Source: a virus | Length of the DNA: 64,000 nt | IMG/VR virus record: IMGVR_UViG_3300050821_003663 | Coordinates: 39,678 to 103,677 of that record | Reading direction: 5' to 3' (one strand) | Part shown: positions 29,901-40,057 of the stretch, piece after piece | Numbering within the stretch: position 1 is the first letter of the stretch | How the letters are laid out: each line of letters opens with the position of its first letter | Translations under genes and position numbers: made by a program | The notes under the pieces: model-generated | What the model was told of the DNA's origin: nothing | Database searches by the model: none | The model's input: only the letters and a program-made list of their open reading frames with translations

Positions 29901-32900
29901 AACCCAGCTAACGCCACTTACCACGCATATCAGGCAACCCACATTCTCTATGATTCCGCCGGAACCGGATTCAATCCCGTTCTGAATGTCAGCGGGATCA
30001 ACTTCACTTCCGCAGATGCGATTTTCGGCATAGGCAATCCGTCTGTCACCTACAAGGGAATCAGTATGTCGGCGGTTCTAAACACTCCGATCAATGGAGG
30101 AGGATCGCAAACTGCCGTCTGGGGGGCTCAGGGGCAGCATGTTAGCCAAGGGTTCATCTTCACCGACACCATCAACGGCAACAATTTTGGGTACTATCAG
30201 GGCTGTGGATCTGGGTCGACTCAGTTCGTCTGCGTTCTTGCGACTCCTGGGGGACCGCTGATTGGCCCGATAGACCACAACGTCGTCGGCGCCTTTCAAA
30301 TCGGAAACCACTGGGCGCAACCTCCGATCCCCGGAGGTTCCCTGATCGACATAGGGGCATCACCCACGCCTTACACCTACGGAATCGTTAGTCCGGAGCT
30401 TGGCAACGTCGGAAATTTCAACGTATGTCCTTCCTGCAATGCGTTCCAATTCACGAACAATCTTGAGATCGGCAACAACACCAATACCCTCACCCTCACC
30501 CTTAGAGATTCTTTTGGGTCAGGAACGAACACCACATTTCTCGCGGTGAACCTCCCTCCGGAGGTGGTCTTCCTCGATTCAGTGTCTAACTTCGACAACA
30601 TGGCCGAGATGTCAGGGCTGGCATTTATCGGCTCTTCGATTTACGCCGGAGGGCAGCAGTCGGGCGCACTGATTGTCTCGCCTAATACCGGCGGGTCTAC
30701 AACGTGGTGTTATACGGTGACCTCTGTTACGCCTGTCGGAGAAAGCAAGGGCCTGTCACCTATCTGCACCAACGCTGGCGCGGTCACACCGAATAATTCT
30801 GTCAACTTCTCTGCCGCTACCCCCGGAGTCCACGCTTACAACGTCTACCGCGTTGCCAACGGTGCGGGATGTACTGGATGTGGAGGCACGGGGCCTGCTG
30901 GAGCATTAGCCCGAAATACGACTGCGAATCAGGTAGATACCGGGACGCTCGTCGATAGTGGGCTGCCTCCTACGGCTGACACTTCGGGAATCATGTACAC
31001 CCCGCAGTGGAATCAGGCATCGAAGACGTTCGGAATCTCTGGTGCGGGTCACGGCATCGGTCTTGTGCCGGATCCAGGGTCAACTTCGGGCGCGACTCGG
31101 TTCCTTCGTGAAGACGGAACATGGGATGTCCCAGGCGGCGGCGGAGGAGGAGGGTGCGGTCCTCTTGCCGGCGATGCGACATCAACGAATTGCGGAAATG
31201 GAAACCTCGGCACACCTCCGGGCGGAGCAAACAACCTGCAGGCATTCGGAACGAACAACCTCAACACCGACACTCCTGCTGAAGTGGTAGCGTTTGGTTC
31301 AAGTAACGCCAACACGAACCACGCCTCAGAGCTTGTGGCTATCGGTGATACGAACGCGACGGCGATTGCGACATCGTCAGCGGACGTCATCGGCATTGGG
31401 AACAACAACGTTGCTACCGTAACAGGGTCAATTCCAGATCTGATCTGTATCGGCGACGGGAATTGTCAGACCATCTCATGGTTGCAGGATTCCGTGGGAA
31501 TCGGCAACGCCAACTTCCAGAACAATGTAGGGGTAAGCAGCTCAACCTTCCTGTCTGAAGCTGTGGCTATCGGGCTCGGAAACGTGGGGTTCATCAATAA
31601 CGGAGCTACCGTCATCGGGATTGGCCAGTCGGCGGCTGGCGGATGCGGGCCGTCGCAGGGGGACTTTTGTACGGGCCAGCACGGCAGCAACAATATCAAC
31701 GACGTGATCTCAATAGGAGACTCCTCCGGCAATACCATCGGGAGCAACGTAGACGACGTCATCCTGATTGGGGATGGGGTGATGGACAGCGTGGCTCCAA
31801 GTTCGTCCGACATCATCGGAATCGGAGACGCCGCGCTTCAGGAGTGCGAGATTTCGGGGAGCTCTTCCTGTGCTTCCTTGTCCATACCAACCCCCACCGC
31901 CATGTCCCAAGTAATCGGGATCGGCACTCTCGCGGGCGCCTTCGACCAGGGGAGCAACATCATCGCGATTGGTCTCAGGACGGTTGGCGGTGGTGGATCC
32001 GCCTCGCCAATCACCGGCAATTCGGGGACTTTCAATATCGGTATCGGGGACAACGCACTAGCTAAAAACACCACAGGAAGTAATAACGTAGCTCTAGGAC
32101 CGTATGCAGGCGCAGACGGGTATGTCTTTCCGTCGACCTTTGGCAATTCCAATAAGACCGGTTCGAATAACACGTGGATCGGTTACGATTCTGGGCCGAA
32201 CACGACCACGCAACTGTCGAACACGATTGCGCTGGGCTACACAGCGCACAACACAGCGTCTAACCAAATCGTTATTGGTAACTCGTCGATCACGCAGTCG
32301 ATCATGTTCGGATCGCCGCAGTTCCCAACCATCGCGCCTGGAAGCGTCTCTTGCCTGCAGATAGATGCCAGCGGAAACGTGACGCCTACCGGATCTGGTT
32401 GCGGCGGCGGCGGCGGCTCGGGCACGGTGACCAACTTCATCGCATCGTCGGGTTCATGGCCTTCGTGGTTGACGCCAAGCGTTGCGACATCGACGACGAC
32501 GCCTACGCTGTCGGTTACTGCCAGCGCGATTCCGAATTCAGCTCTGGCGAATGCTTCGACCACGGTGAACGGCGTGACTTGCACGCTCGGATCAACTTGC
32601 ACAATTTCAGCTTCGGTCGTATGGAGCTCAATTGGCAATCCCACGGGCAATCTATCGCTCACGATGGGTGCGAATACGAGTACGTTCGCCTTCGGAGCGA
32701 CGAGCGGATCGGCCGACTTATTCAACATTCATGATGCCGCCAGCGACACCGGCACCGGCATCATGTTCCACATCACGACTGGGTCGGGCTCGACAGAAAT
32801 CCCGTGGCAGGTTGACGCCAACGGAGTTGGATTCAAGATAACCCCCACCGGCATCCTGCAAGGGGTTGGTTCTGCTACCACCCACGCGCTTATCTTCGCT

Positions 32901-33353
32901 TCGAGTTCGGTAGCGGCAACGCCATCTTCCGGCGAGGCTATCTACACGTCGGACAGTTCGGGTAATGCAGTCGGATCCAGCAACGGCTCAGCGCTGCAAC
33001 CGTTCCTGATGGGAACCTTCCCGTGGTCTTGCCAGCCTGGACTAGGGGACGGAAGCAACGCTATCACGGGCGCCACCTATCCCCAGACCAACTGCTACAA
33101 CGACACGGGTAAAACCGTTACGCTCACCGGCATCAAGTGCTTCACGGATAACAATGGCTCCTCAACGCTCAACGCGACCAACGGCGGAGGCACAGGGCTT
33201 CTCACGGGAGCGATCACCTGCACCACCTCCTTCGCGGCGGGAAGCCAGAGCGGAACGACAACCATTGCTGCCGGCGATTACATTAAGTTCAGCTTTGTGG
33301 CGGACGGCACTAGCAAGCAAGCGACGTTTGTCGTTACGGGGACGCATCCATGA
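26922..33353 (+). CDS. large fibre/adhesin-like protein with signal peptide, 2143 aa
   Basis: Signal peptide ...APLLA/Q; FN3 domain; two G[TS]GYTSAP repeats; YadA-head-like V[IA][GA]IG repeats; CGGGGG linkers; C-terminal beta-sandwich. Confidence 0.7.
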   Translation: MWRLAKALLVGILAAAAPLLAQPTISNVYVSAATSTTATFTWTTNTPSTSQVRYGFDISLPFNNNPDSNLVTTHTMTLTFLQPSTFYYFAVVSADSGGNSSQSATSSFSLCSPGESGIVPVQGTANNFYMYGTFTLTWVPPAGSSGTPMICGQPMATTATGSLDGGASLSSSVADSYKAIPGPGTWHVAVTDYGNIAPVGFNFPISTQSNNVSTPLKAAANASGLKFCLSTGSALFPSDCGGGGGSPLVVEINGTPISPSSPADFVDTSSVHWTFSGGTIQAAASGGSGALPAAPAYSGQFANATVTAFQADQVPAYGVNSAYNYNPLTHVLGVNAVNGLGFISPSQTSGGDGQAAFFSGKTNAFGIIDNLELVTGQVSGVTGTGGTGMTPGTYSLSFSGGGGGSGAAGLIDVLTATTYVISVSNPGTGYTSAPTVTAATGGTPPALTATIASASDPAQPPGSGNMIFDFRTITGTFGVRSTNCVANNTIESSLGQPDSPCLQSVVYDNDPTATRDPLFLGLLTYGQGRDVGNQGALANSDQGWTNSGALNLGFVVFRPGIKGGLTLVNNCPSQGDCNDFSAYNPNIGWALAASDEGQNGFRNNSSDSSNGRGYVTATVNTVPSPGQPTYSNVSGDFFKPGGILVDTTQPSLAFSITSQSTSWNAPAVLSMNIGPPNGQGSGQTPSLEYTVSSVATSSGGTTTYTGTFPGCTANNFAGQYWSFQNFNGNFAIGGPNNGIYLVASCTTTTMVANNPHAVAATSAFGVAIQNYQIACSGGGGTGLVAVASVGPGGNIGVQPAIVDPGSGYTSAPTGCAVTGTGGTPATFGASLQSPMGLIPITGITLTPSTGQAVTLDYISAAQLPTPMTNVSSVVRVRVENSLPITTGYAWFIDPTAPELCAVTNAPAAVSGIQTLTVSCHQAHANPNYVTQGSTPACLWPDANYTQYGFPECYDLFGAPDSSHLWGGFTVKGALVGNGIPRVGNEWADVTTGRNPANATYHAYQATHILYDSAGTGFNPVLNVSGINFTSADAIFGIGNPSVTYKGISMSAVLNTPINGGGSQTAVWGAQGQHVSQGFIFTDTINGNNFGYYQGCGSGSTQFVCVLATPGGPLIGPIDHNVVGAFQIGNHWAQPPIPGGSLIDIGASPTPYTYGIVSPELGNVGNFNVCPSCNAFQFTNNLEIGNNTNTLTLTLRDSFGSGTNTTFLAVNLPPEVVFLDSVSNFDNMAEMSGLAFIGSSIYAGGQQSGALIVSPNTGGSTTWCYTVTSVTPVGESKGLSPICTNAGAVTPNNSVNFSAATPGVHAYNVYRVANGAGCTGCGGTGPAGALARNTTANQVDTGTLVDSGLPPTADTSGIMYTPQWNQASKTFGISGAGHGIGLVPDPGSTSGATRFLREDGTWDVPGGGGGGGCGPLAGDATSTNCGNGNLGTPPGGANNLQAFGTNNLNTDTPAEVVAFGSSNANTNHASELVAIGDTNATAIATSSADVIGIGNNNVATVTGSIPDLICIGDGNCQTISWLQDSVGIGNANFQNNVGVSSSTFLSEAVAIGLGNVGFINNGATVIGIGQSAAGGCGPSQGDFCTGQHGSNNINDVISIGDSSGNTIGSNVDDVILIGDGVMDSVAPSSSDIIGIGDAALQECEISGSSSCASLSIPTPTAMSQVIGIGTLAGAFDQGSNIIAIGLRTVGGGGSASPITGNSGTFNIGIGDNALAKNTTGSNNVALGPYAGADGYVFPSTFGNSNKTGSNNTWIGYDSGPNTTTQLSNTIALGYTAHNTASNQIVIGNSSITQSIMFGSPQFPTIAPGSVSCLQIDASGNVTPTGSGCGGGGGSGTVTNFIASSGSWPSWLTPSVATSTTTPTLSVTASAIPNSALANASTTVNGVTCTLGSTCTISASVVWSSIGNPTGNLSLTMGANTSTFAFGATSGSADLFNIHDAASDTGTGIMFHITTGSGSTEIPWQVDANGVGFKITPTGILQGVGSATTHALIFASSSVAATPSSGEAIYTSDSSGNAVGSSNGSALQPFLMGTFPWSCQPGLGDGSNAITGATYPQTNCYNDTGKTVTLTGIKCFTDNNGSSTLNATNGGGTGLLTGAITCTTSFAAGSQSGTTTIAAGDYIKFSFVADGTSKQATFVVTGTHP

Positions 33354-34270
33354 TGAAGCTATTGGTTGCATTAGTCCTATCTAGCCAGATCGTTGCCGGC
33401 GGAGGGCATCGCAAGATCTTCTCCTCCAGCGCCCCTCTGTCGTTGCTCGACTACACGCCAAACGGTACTTCTGACGTCAAGCTGGCTTGCAGCTTCTCTC
33501 ACGCGCTGAAGCAGAGCTGGACCGCGCATCTTATTCAGATCACCAGAGCCAGCGACTCGACTACGTCGGATGTGACGCCTCTATCGACCGGAGCGATCAA
33601 TCAGACGACGATCACCACCTTCTGCTCGGGGACAACCTGTACCGTCTCGAAGTGCTATGACGAATCAGGCAACACGAACGACATAACCTTCTCGCCTGGG
33701 CCAATCATTTACCAGAGTGGCGCTGTTATCACGAACGGGCCGAACAGTCGTGTAGCGGCATCCTTCACGGGATCTCAGTCTGGTACAGCTACGGTCACCC
33801 TGACGGGGAGCACAGTCGAAGGAATGATGGTGGGGAATTTCAATAACCCCTTGTCTACCTACCAAGGCTTGCTTGAGGTAAGCAACGGATCGAGTAGCTG
33901 CAGCGGGAGCGTGACCTACGTCTGCATCTTTCTCAACTCCGGAGGAACAAACGCGGTAGGCGCGTATTACACGGGCACCGGCGGAGCAACGCAGGCGATC
34001 ACCTGGGGCACAGCGTTCTACGCCGACATGTTCGCCACTCTATCTGGCGGATCCCCTGAGATTGCTATGGCACTCAACGGAGGCTCATTCAACACCACGG
34101 CTGCTTCGGCAAACAACCTGTCTGCCACAACTGCGATAATCGGAACAGATATCGGCGGCAGCAACCTGAATGGCTACGCGCAGGACATAGTTCTCTTCGT
34201 CACGCAATCGAATTCGACCCAGCGCACCAACGCGCACACCGTTGAATCCACCTTTTTTGGGACGCCATGA
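33350..34270 (+). CDS. secreted lectin-like (AbfB/LamG-type) protein
   Basis: Signal-peptide-like N-terminus; IQITRASDS...FCSGTTCTVSKCYDESGNTND resembles arabinofuranosidase-B/ConA-like domains. Confidence 0.6.
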   Translation: MMKLLVALVLSSQIVAGGGHRKIFSSSAPLSLLDYTPNGTSDVKLACSFSHALKQSWTAHLIQITRASDSTTSDVTPLSTGAINQTTITTFCSGTTCTVSKCYDESGNTNDITFSPGPIIYQSGAVITNGPNSRVAASFTGSQSGTATVTLTGSTVEGMMVGNFNNPLSTYQGLLEVSNGSSSCSGSVTYVCIFLNSGGTNAVGAYYTGTGGATQAITWGTAFYADMFATLSGGSPEIAMALNGGSFNTTAASANNLSATTAIIGTDIGGSNLNGYAQDIVLFVTQSNSTQRTNAHTVESTFFGTP

Positions 34271-37200
34271 AGCGATACCTCTTACTTGCCGCGATGTTCC
34301 TGCTGGCCGCTGTTGGCCACAGCACTACCTGGTACGTCACCACCGGGGGCAGCGACTCCAACCCATGTACCCTTGCGAGCCCTTGCGCTACGCCGACCCA
34401 TGCTTTCAATTCTGTCGCAGCTCCGGGGGATACGGTGAACGTCGGACCCGGCGTCTACAGCTACGGTTCCAGCGCGGCCATCTTCAGCACGGCGGGGACA
34501 GCGGGCAATCCGATCACGGTTACCTGCGCCACTCGCGGCACCTGCCGCATCACCAATACCGTCACGGGCAACGCAACCGTGGTGGAGATGAACAACAACT
34601 ACCAGATATTCGATGGCTTCGAAGTTACCAACACCGGAGCGGGAAACAATCTCGGCATCTATGTCACCGGCCACGACGTCAGCCTGACGCGGAATACGAT
34701 TCACGACATCCAGACTGACTGCTCATCTTCTGGTGGAGGCGGAGTTCAAATCGCTGTTTCCAACCTGACCAACATCGTCATCGACTCGAATCAGGTTTAC
34801 AACATCTCATGGGTCTCGGGTGCTCCGAAATGCGCGTCGACCGTAGTGCAAACGGACGGCATCCTCGCCGAACAGACCGGCTTCACCACGACGACGACGA
34901 TCACCAATAACCTCATCTACAACACCTCTGGCGGGTGGGGAATCGCAACCTCAACCAACGCGCTGATCGCGCACAACACCATCTTCAACACAGTGAATGG
35001 CGGCGTCGTCGTCAATAACGCTCCCTCCGGCGCGGCGGTTGAGGACAACATCATCGTCTACACCGGCCTCCTGGCGAGCGACTCGAACTTCTATGGTGGC
35101 GCGTGCGCGATCCAGAACGGCACTGCCTCGACTACCACCTACGGCCATAACGAGCTCTCCAATAATCATGGTGGAAACTACGGCACCGGATTCGGATGCT
35201 CTGGCTCCGGCCTCAACACGGGGGACATCGCAGTCGATCCTGCCGGCGGAACTGTCTTCGTCAACTGGCAGCAAAATGGCTCAGGGAACTACCACGAGCT
35301 GTCCAGCTCGCCGACCGTCAGCGCTGGAACCAACGTCGGCGTCACGCATGACTTCGATGGCCACGTTCGTCCGACCGCTGGGTACGACATGGGAGCATTT
35401 CAGTACGGCGTTGTGACGGGAATCGCACTCTCTCCGAATGGCGGGGTGGTGATCGCGAACGGAAGCCCTGGAATCACCTTCCTTCCGACTTGCACCTTCA
35501 CTATCGGGCCTCCCGCTCCATGTCCTGCTCCTGTGTGGGACACTCCTACTGACGCGCTTCTGACCGCGAATGGCGGCTCGGTAGCGGGAGGTGTCTTGAC
35601 GTGGTCCAACGGCTACCAGCCAAACGACACATCCCTCTTCCCGTTCGGAGCTCAAACCGCGATTGGTGTCATCCACGGCTGCGACTCATCGAGCGGAACG
35701 AAGTATTGCGATTTCGCTCAGGTACTCGCTCTCGAATCTCCAAGCGGGACGATCAACATCTATCCCACCCCTTCTCCGGGGTTCTATCAAAACATCCAAC
35801 TCTCCAGCTCTTACTACACGGCGGATCTAGTGGTTGGATCGACCGCTGCGATAGGGACAGGATTCCAGTGGGCCGGCTCGGGCTACTACAACCCAATCCA
35901 GTTCGCGTGTACATGGTCTTCGTCGAATAACGCTATCGCCACGATTACTCGCTATGGGCTGGTCACAGGCGTTTCACCGGGAACGGTGACCGTCTCTTGC
36001 AATATAGCGCTAGGCCCTGGCGTGACTATCGACAATACAGTGTCGAATGCTGGGCAGACCTGGACGTTCAACGTCATCAGCCCAACGCCGTCGAACCAGA
36101 TATGGTATATCCGGCCTGACGGCGGAACGCCCTATTACTCCGCCGGCCAGACTCCATCCGGCCAATGCGACGGCAAGCATGACGCCTCGTACGCCAGCAC
36201 GGGAGGCACCGGAGTCAATCAGCCCTGCGCCTTCGACAACTTCAGGGACGGATGGGCAGATGAGGTTACGGCAAACTCTTATGGTCTGGCGGGGAGTCAG
36301 AACATGCTCTACGGCGCTGGCGATACCGTTATCATTCGCCAGAAGACAGGAGGCTACAATCTCGGCCTCGATCAGCTCGCCCCCGCCTACGGCGGATCCG
36401 CTACGGTCCCTATCAACTGCGGGAACCCAGACTGCTTCATGCCGACGATTCCATCCGGCGCTCCGATTGCAACCGCGACGGGATACTCGATCAACCTGGG
36501 TGTAGCGACAATCTCAGCTACCAACACCCTGTCTGCTGGCAATGTGGTGAAGCTTGGATTCGCCTCGGCGCCTTTCGGTGGAGCTAACTACACCGTTATG
36601 TCGGCTGGACTCAGCAGCTCTCAATTCGAGGTTCTAATCACCGCGCCCAACGTGAGCTTCACCTCGGCCGCCGGCGTGGTCGTAAGGCCAACGAGGATCC
36701 TCGGAGAGAACTATGCGGCTTGCTCGGCCGACTCCTCGAAGACTCAGCTCAATCTCTCATGGGCAACTCTCAACGGCATCAGCATCCTCGACTCCCAGTT
36801 CGTCGACGTAGAGTGCGTCTATATCACGCAGGCAGCATCATGCGGCACAGGTGGAGGCGGGTTCGCCCCAAACAATTGCAAGAACAGCAACCTCAACTAT
36901 GGCTGGTCAGGAGTGAGAGAATCAGCCTTCAGTTCCAATGACACGCTAACCAACATTTTCATTGACGGCGTTGGATTCGAAGGGGTCAGCGGTGCGACTG
37001 GGGCAGGGCTAGTTTTCGATCACCTCCACATACGAGGCGCACCTTTCACGGGAATTGATATGGACGATACGCCCTACGGTGGGATCTCAAACATCTCCGT
37101 CGCGGGCGGATTAACGATGACGAACTCCATCATCGAATTCACCGGATGCACGGAAGAGAAGCCGATTGTCCACAACTACCCATTCATTCAATGCATCGGG

Positions 37201-38499
37201 CAGAACGGCGGCGGGCAGGGCGATGGGTTCGGCACAGCCTCCACCACCGGAACGTGGGTCTTCGACCACGATATCTTCCGCTTCAATCTCCAGGATGGTC
37301 TCGATCTCCTTCACTCGGGGATGCAGAACCTCTCCGTTACTAACTCGCAGGGTTACGGGAGTATCGGCAACCAGTTCAAGCTGGGTTCGAATACCGGCAA
37401 CGGAAACTTCACCAACAACTACGGGCTGTCAAACTGCCAGCGCAGCGCCTTCACGATTGGAGATGAGCCGTCCTCGGGAGTCAACACCACGGACATCTGC
37501 CGCGCTAGCGCCACCGGCCCGCTTCTGTGGCTCTGGTTTGCCTATGGCACCTACACCGCGTACAACAACACCTTCCTCGGCTACGCTCCTACGGCGGTCA
37601 CCTACGAGTGCGACTACGGCAGCGACAACTGCTCGGGTGCGAACACGGCTTTTGTCAATAACGTCATCAACGGCTGGGCCACAGCCAGCGGCTACAACGG
37701 CGGTGCGAATATGGGGGCGTTGTGTGCGCTGAATATCTTTGCTCGCAACAACTGCAACGGCACCCTCACCCGCTACCCAGCCAACCAAGGATTCGCCGCT
37801 CGCTCGAACAACGTCTACAACGGCATGGGAAGCTGCCCGCTGACCACTCTGAGCACGGAGACCTGCAACAATAGCCCAACCTCAAGCTTGCCGGGATTCA
37901 GCTACAACCAGTCCACCAACACTCTCCCCTATACGCTGGCGGGGGAATCGCTGATGGATCCCTTCAACTTCCCCTCGAATTACAACGGGACATATCTAGT
38001 CGGGACAGCGCAGGGTGTGTATCCGGCGTCAGGGTCGAGCCTGATCTCAGCTTTTGGTGTAGCCGTTTCCGGCTTGCTGGTTGATTCTATCGGCTACACC
38101 TACGCAAACCCACCCAGCATCGGCTACCTCCAGTTCCAATCGGGCACACCGACGGCATCGCAGCCAACGGCATCGCCAACACCTGGCACGTACGGCAGCA
38201 CGCAATCGGTGACATTGTCGACGACGACATCGGGCGGGGTGATCTGCTACACCATCACCGGAGCAACGCCGACCGCGACGACTGCTGGAACCTGCGACGG
38301 CTCTCCGACGCAGACGTATACCGGGGCGATCACCGTTTCGACGACGACTACGATCAAGGCCATCACGACGGCAGTCGGATTCCTGAATTCATCTGTGGGC
38401 AGCTTCACGTACACCATCGGTGTAGCAGCGCCCACGGGGTTGACAGGAGGAATCGGGACCACCCTACTAGGTGGAGCGGGAGTGACCTTGCAGCGATGA
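34267..38499 (+). CDS. secreted beta-helix (pectate-lyase-like) depolymerase/adhesin, 1410 aa
   Basis: Signal peptide; WYVTTGGSDSNPCT (DUF1565-like); beta-helix repeats; DFDGHVRP..YDMGAFQ; Big_2-like WSSSNNAIATI; second beta-helix; chitobiase-C/Fn3-assoc PTPGTYGSTQSVTLS. Confidence 0.75.
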   Translation: MKRYLLLAAMFLLAAVGHSTTWYVTTGGSDSNPCTLASPCATPTHAFNSVAAPGDTVNVGPGVYSYGSSAAIFSTAGTAGNPITVTCATRGTCRITNTVTGNATVVEMNNNYQIFDGFEVTNTGAGNNLGIYVTGHDVSLTRNTIHDIQTDCSSSGGGGVQIAVSNLTNIVIDSNQVYNISWVSGAPKCASTVVQTDGILAEQTGFTTTTTITNNLIYNTSGGWGIATSTNALIAHNTIFNTVNGGVVVNNAPSGAAVEDNIIVYTGLLASDSNFYGGACAIQNGTASTTTYGHNELSNNHGGNYGTGFGCSGSGLNTGDIAVDPAGGTVFVNWQQNGSGNYHELSSSPTVSAGTNVGVTHDFDGHVRPTAGYDMGAFQYGVVTGIALSPNGGVVIANGSPGITFLPTCTFTIGPPAPCPAPVWDTPTDALLTANGGSVAGGVLTWSNGYQPNDTSLFPFGAQTAIGVIHGCDSSSGTKYCDFAQVLALESPSGTINIYPTPSPGFYQNIQLSSSYYTADLVVGSTAAIGTGFQWAGSGYYNPIQFACTWSSSNNAIATITRYGLVTGVSPGTVTVSCNIALGPGVTIDNTVSNAGQTWTFNVISPTPSNQIWYIRPDGGTPYYSAGQTPSGQCDGKHDASYASTGGTGVNQPCAFDNFRDGWADEVTANSYGLAGSQNMLYGAGDTVIIRQKTGGYNLGLDQLAPAYGGSATVPINCGNPDCFMPTIPSGAPIATATGYSINLGVATISATNTLSAGNVVKLGFASAPFGGANYTVMSAGLSSSQFEVLITAPNVSFTSAAGVVVRPTRILGENYAACSADSSKTQLNLSWATLNGISILDSQFVDVECVYITQAASCGTGGGGFAPNNCKNSNLNYGWSGVRESAFSSNDTLTNIFIDGVGFEGVSGATGAGLVFDHLHIRGAPFTGIDMDDTPYGGISNISVAGGLTMTNSIIEFTGCTEEKPIVHNYPFIQCIGQNGGGQGDGFGTASTTGTWVFDHDIFRFNLQDGLDLLHSGMQNLSVTNSQGYGSIGNQFKLGSNTGNGNFTNNYGLSNCQRSAFTIGDEPSSGVNTTDICRASATGPLLWLWFAYGTYTAYNNTFLGYAPTAVTYECDYGSDNCSGANTAFVNNVINGWATASGYNGGANMGALCALNIFARNNCNGTLTRYPANQGFAARSNNVYNGMGSCPLTTLSTETCNNSPTSSLPGFSYNQSTNTLPYTLAGESLMDPFNFPSNYNGTYLVGTAQGVYPASGSSLISAFGVAVSGLLVDSIGYTYANPPSIGYLQFQSGTPTASQPTASPTPGTYGSTQSVTLSTTTSGGVICYTITGATPTATTAGTCDGSPTQTYTGAITVSTTTTIKAITTAVGFLNSSVGSFTYTIGVAAPTGLTGGIGTTLLGGAGVTLQR

Positions 38500-38510
38500 G
38501 AGGAGATACC

Positions 38511-38975
38511 GTGATCGGCAAACTTATTCTGATGCTCTGCATTGCGGCTCCGCTGGCCGCACAGCCCGCCAACTTGGGTTGGACGGCCTCCACCACCCCT
38601 GGAACGTCGGTAGACCTGTACAGGGCCACAGGGACGTGCCCTGGCACCGCCTACGCGCTCCTGCAGGCCAACCTGCCAGCCGGCGGACCTGCGACGGACG
38701 CCACGGTAACCGTGGGGAACACATACTGCTGGTATGTGACGGCGGTTCTTGGCGGAATTCAGTCGCCCCCTTCTAATACTTTGCAGTTGTCCGTGGCGCC
38801 AACAGCACCCAGCAACCTGACTGGATCGGTATCGAGAAACGTCACCAAAACGATCACCTACCAGATGGCCCCTCTGAAATGTTCGGGCGGAAGGACGGTT
38901 ACTCCGCCAAAGCTCACTTGCACAGCGGTTTATACTCCTAGCACTAATTCGATTGCGCTGAGTTGTCACACGTAA
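38511..38975 (+). CDS. secreted FN3-like protein
   Basis: GTG after GAGGAG; signal peptide ...APLAA/Q; LGWTAS...LYRA...D.TV..GNTYCWYVTAV...SPPSN. Confidence 0.7.
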   Translation: MIGKLILMLCIAAPLAAQPANLGWTASTTPGTSVDLYRATGTCPGTAYALLQANLPAGGPATDATVTVGNTYCWYVTAVLGGIQSPPSNTLQLSVAPTAPSNLTGSVSRNVTKTITYQMAPLKCSGGRTVTPPKLTCTAVYTPSTNSIALSCHT

Positions 38976-38992
38976 GCTCGAAGGACAACTTC

Positions 38993-40057
38993 ATGAAGTT
39001 CGCACGATACATCGCCGCGCTACTATTCACGGTTCCGCTGATGGCGCAGAGCCCACCGCTCATTCCCGTTGCCGGATACGTGTCTTCCGATTCCGGCGCT
39101 ACCTGGGAACCGCTGACGGGTGGAACCGGTACACCGGTATCCGTCGCTCCTCCGGGAAGCGCGATCTATGCTTCGTGCGGCACGAACCTGTGGTGCCCGT
39201 GGAATGGAGGTGGTGGCGGTGGTGGATCGGTTTCAATCACCTCGCCTAGCGGTAGCCTCACGGTTTCTCCGTCCCCCCTCACTGGCACCGGCACAATCGA
39301 CCTCAATGCAGCCCACAACGCAGCGTGGACAGTCAACCAGTCGATCACTTCGGCACAAGGCTCTGGAGCGGGCGCGACTCTTGCACTTTCGAATACGAGC
39401 GGATCTGCCCTGGCGAAGCTAACCTTCCAGTCTCTTAGTGGAACGGGGTTTGAGATCTACGACGGGAGTCCAACATTTGCCAATGGTTTTATCGGAATCG
39501 CCAACATTGCCGAGAACGATTTTCCGGTAATGATAAAAGCGCAGTCGATGTTCCTTGAAGTCGGATCGGTGATCGGAATTTCAAGTTCGAGTGTTCCTAC
39601 GAGTGTCGATACTGGACTTAGCCGGGACTCTGCGGGCGTATGGGATGTGGGCAATGGAACGCAGGGAGACAAGTCGGGAACCCTCAAAGCCGCCAACATA
39701 GTACTGACCGGAACCTGTACTGGATGCACCCCGCTCTATCTCAATTGGACCTTCAACTCCGGTATCGCGGCAACCGATGCAGCGCCTCGATTCCTCGCGT
39801 CTCACGCAGCCACGATTTCAGCCTGCTATGCGCTGACAACGGCGTCCGACGCTTCTACGGCGCTAACGTTCAACATCTTCGACAACGGGTCGTCGATATT
39901 TTCTGGCGGAGCGCAGACAATCGCAGCGGGAACCGCAGCGGGAACACTTACGACGCTTGGAGCGCTGGGGACGACCGCGATTGCCAACAATGATAAATTT
40001 TCCATCAACATCACCAGCGGAACTTCGAGCTGGATCTTTACGGTGCAATGCAAATGA
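38993..40057 (+). CDS. short fibre-like protein with signal peptide
   Basis: Signal peptide ...VPLMA/Q; poly-Gly linker; DTGLSR.SAGV..VGNGT fibre-type segment; C-terminal domain similar to that of 26922-33353. Confidence 0.65.
   Translation: MKFARYIAALLFTVPLMAQSPPLIPVAGYVSSDSGATWEPLTGGTGTPVSVAPPGSAIYASCGTNLWCPWNGGGGGGGSVSITSPSGSLTVSPSPLTGTGTIDLNAAHNAAWTVNQSITSAQGSGAGATLALSNTSGSALAKLTFQSLSGTGFEIYDGSPTFANGFIGIANIAENDFPVMIKAQSMFLEVGSVIGISSSSVPTSVDTGLSRDSAGVWDVGNGTQGDKSGTLKAANIVLTGTCTGCTPLYLNWTFNSGIAATDAAPRFLASHAATISACYALTTASDASTALTFNIFDNGSSIFSGGAQTIAAGTAAGTLTTLGALGTTAIANNDKFSINITSGTSSWIFTVQCK

Noticed and set aside
26922-33353. Trimeric autotransporter call
   Set aside because: YadA-head-like repeats are present, but there is no C-terminal beta-barrel anchor ending in an aromatic residue
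34246-34263. Possible seventh palindrome copy filling the 23-kb gap
   Set aside because: ATCCACCTTTTTTGGGAC has too many mismatches
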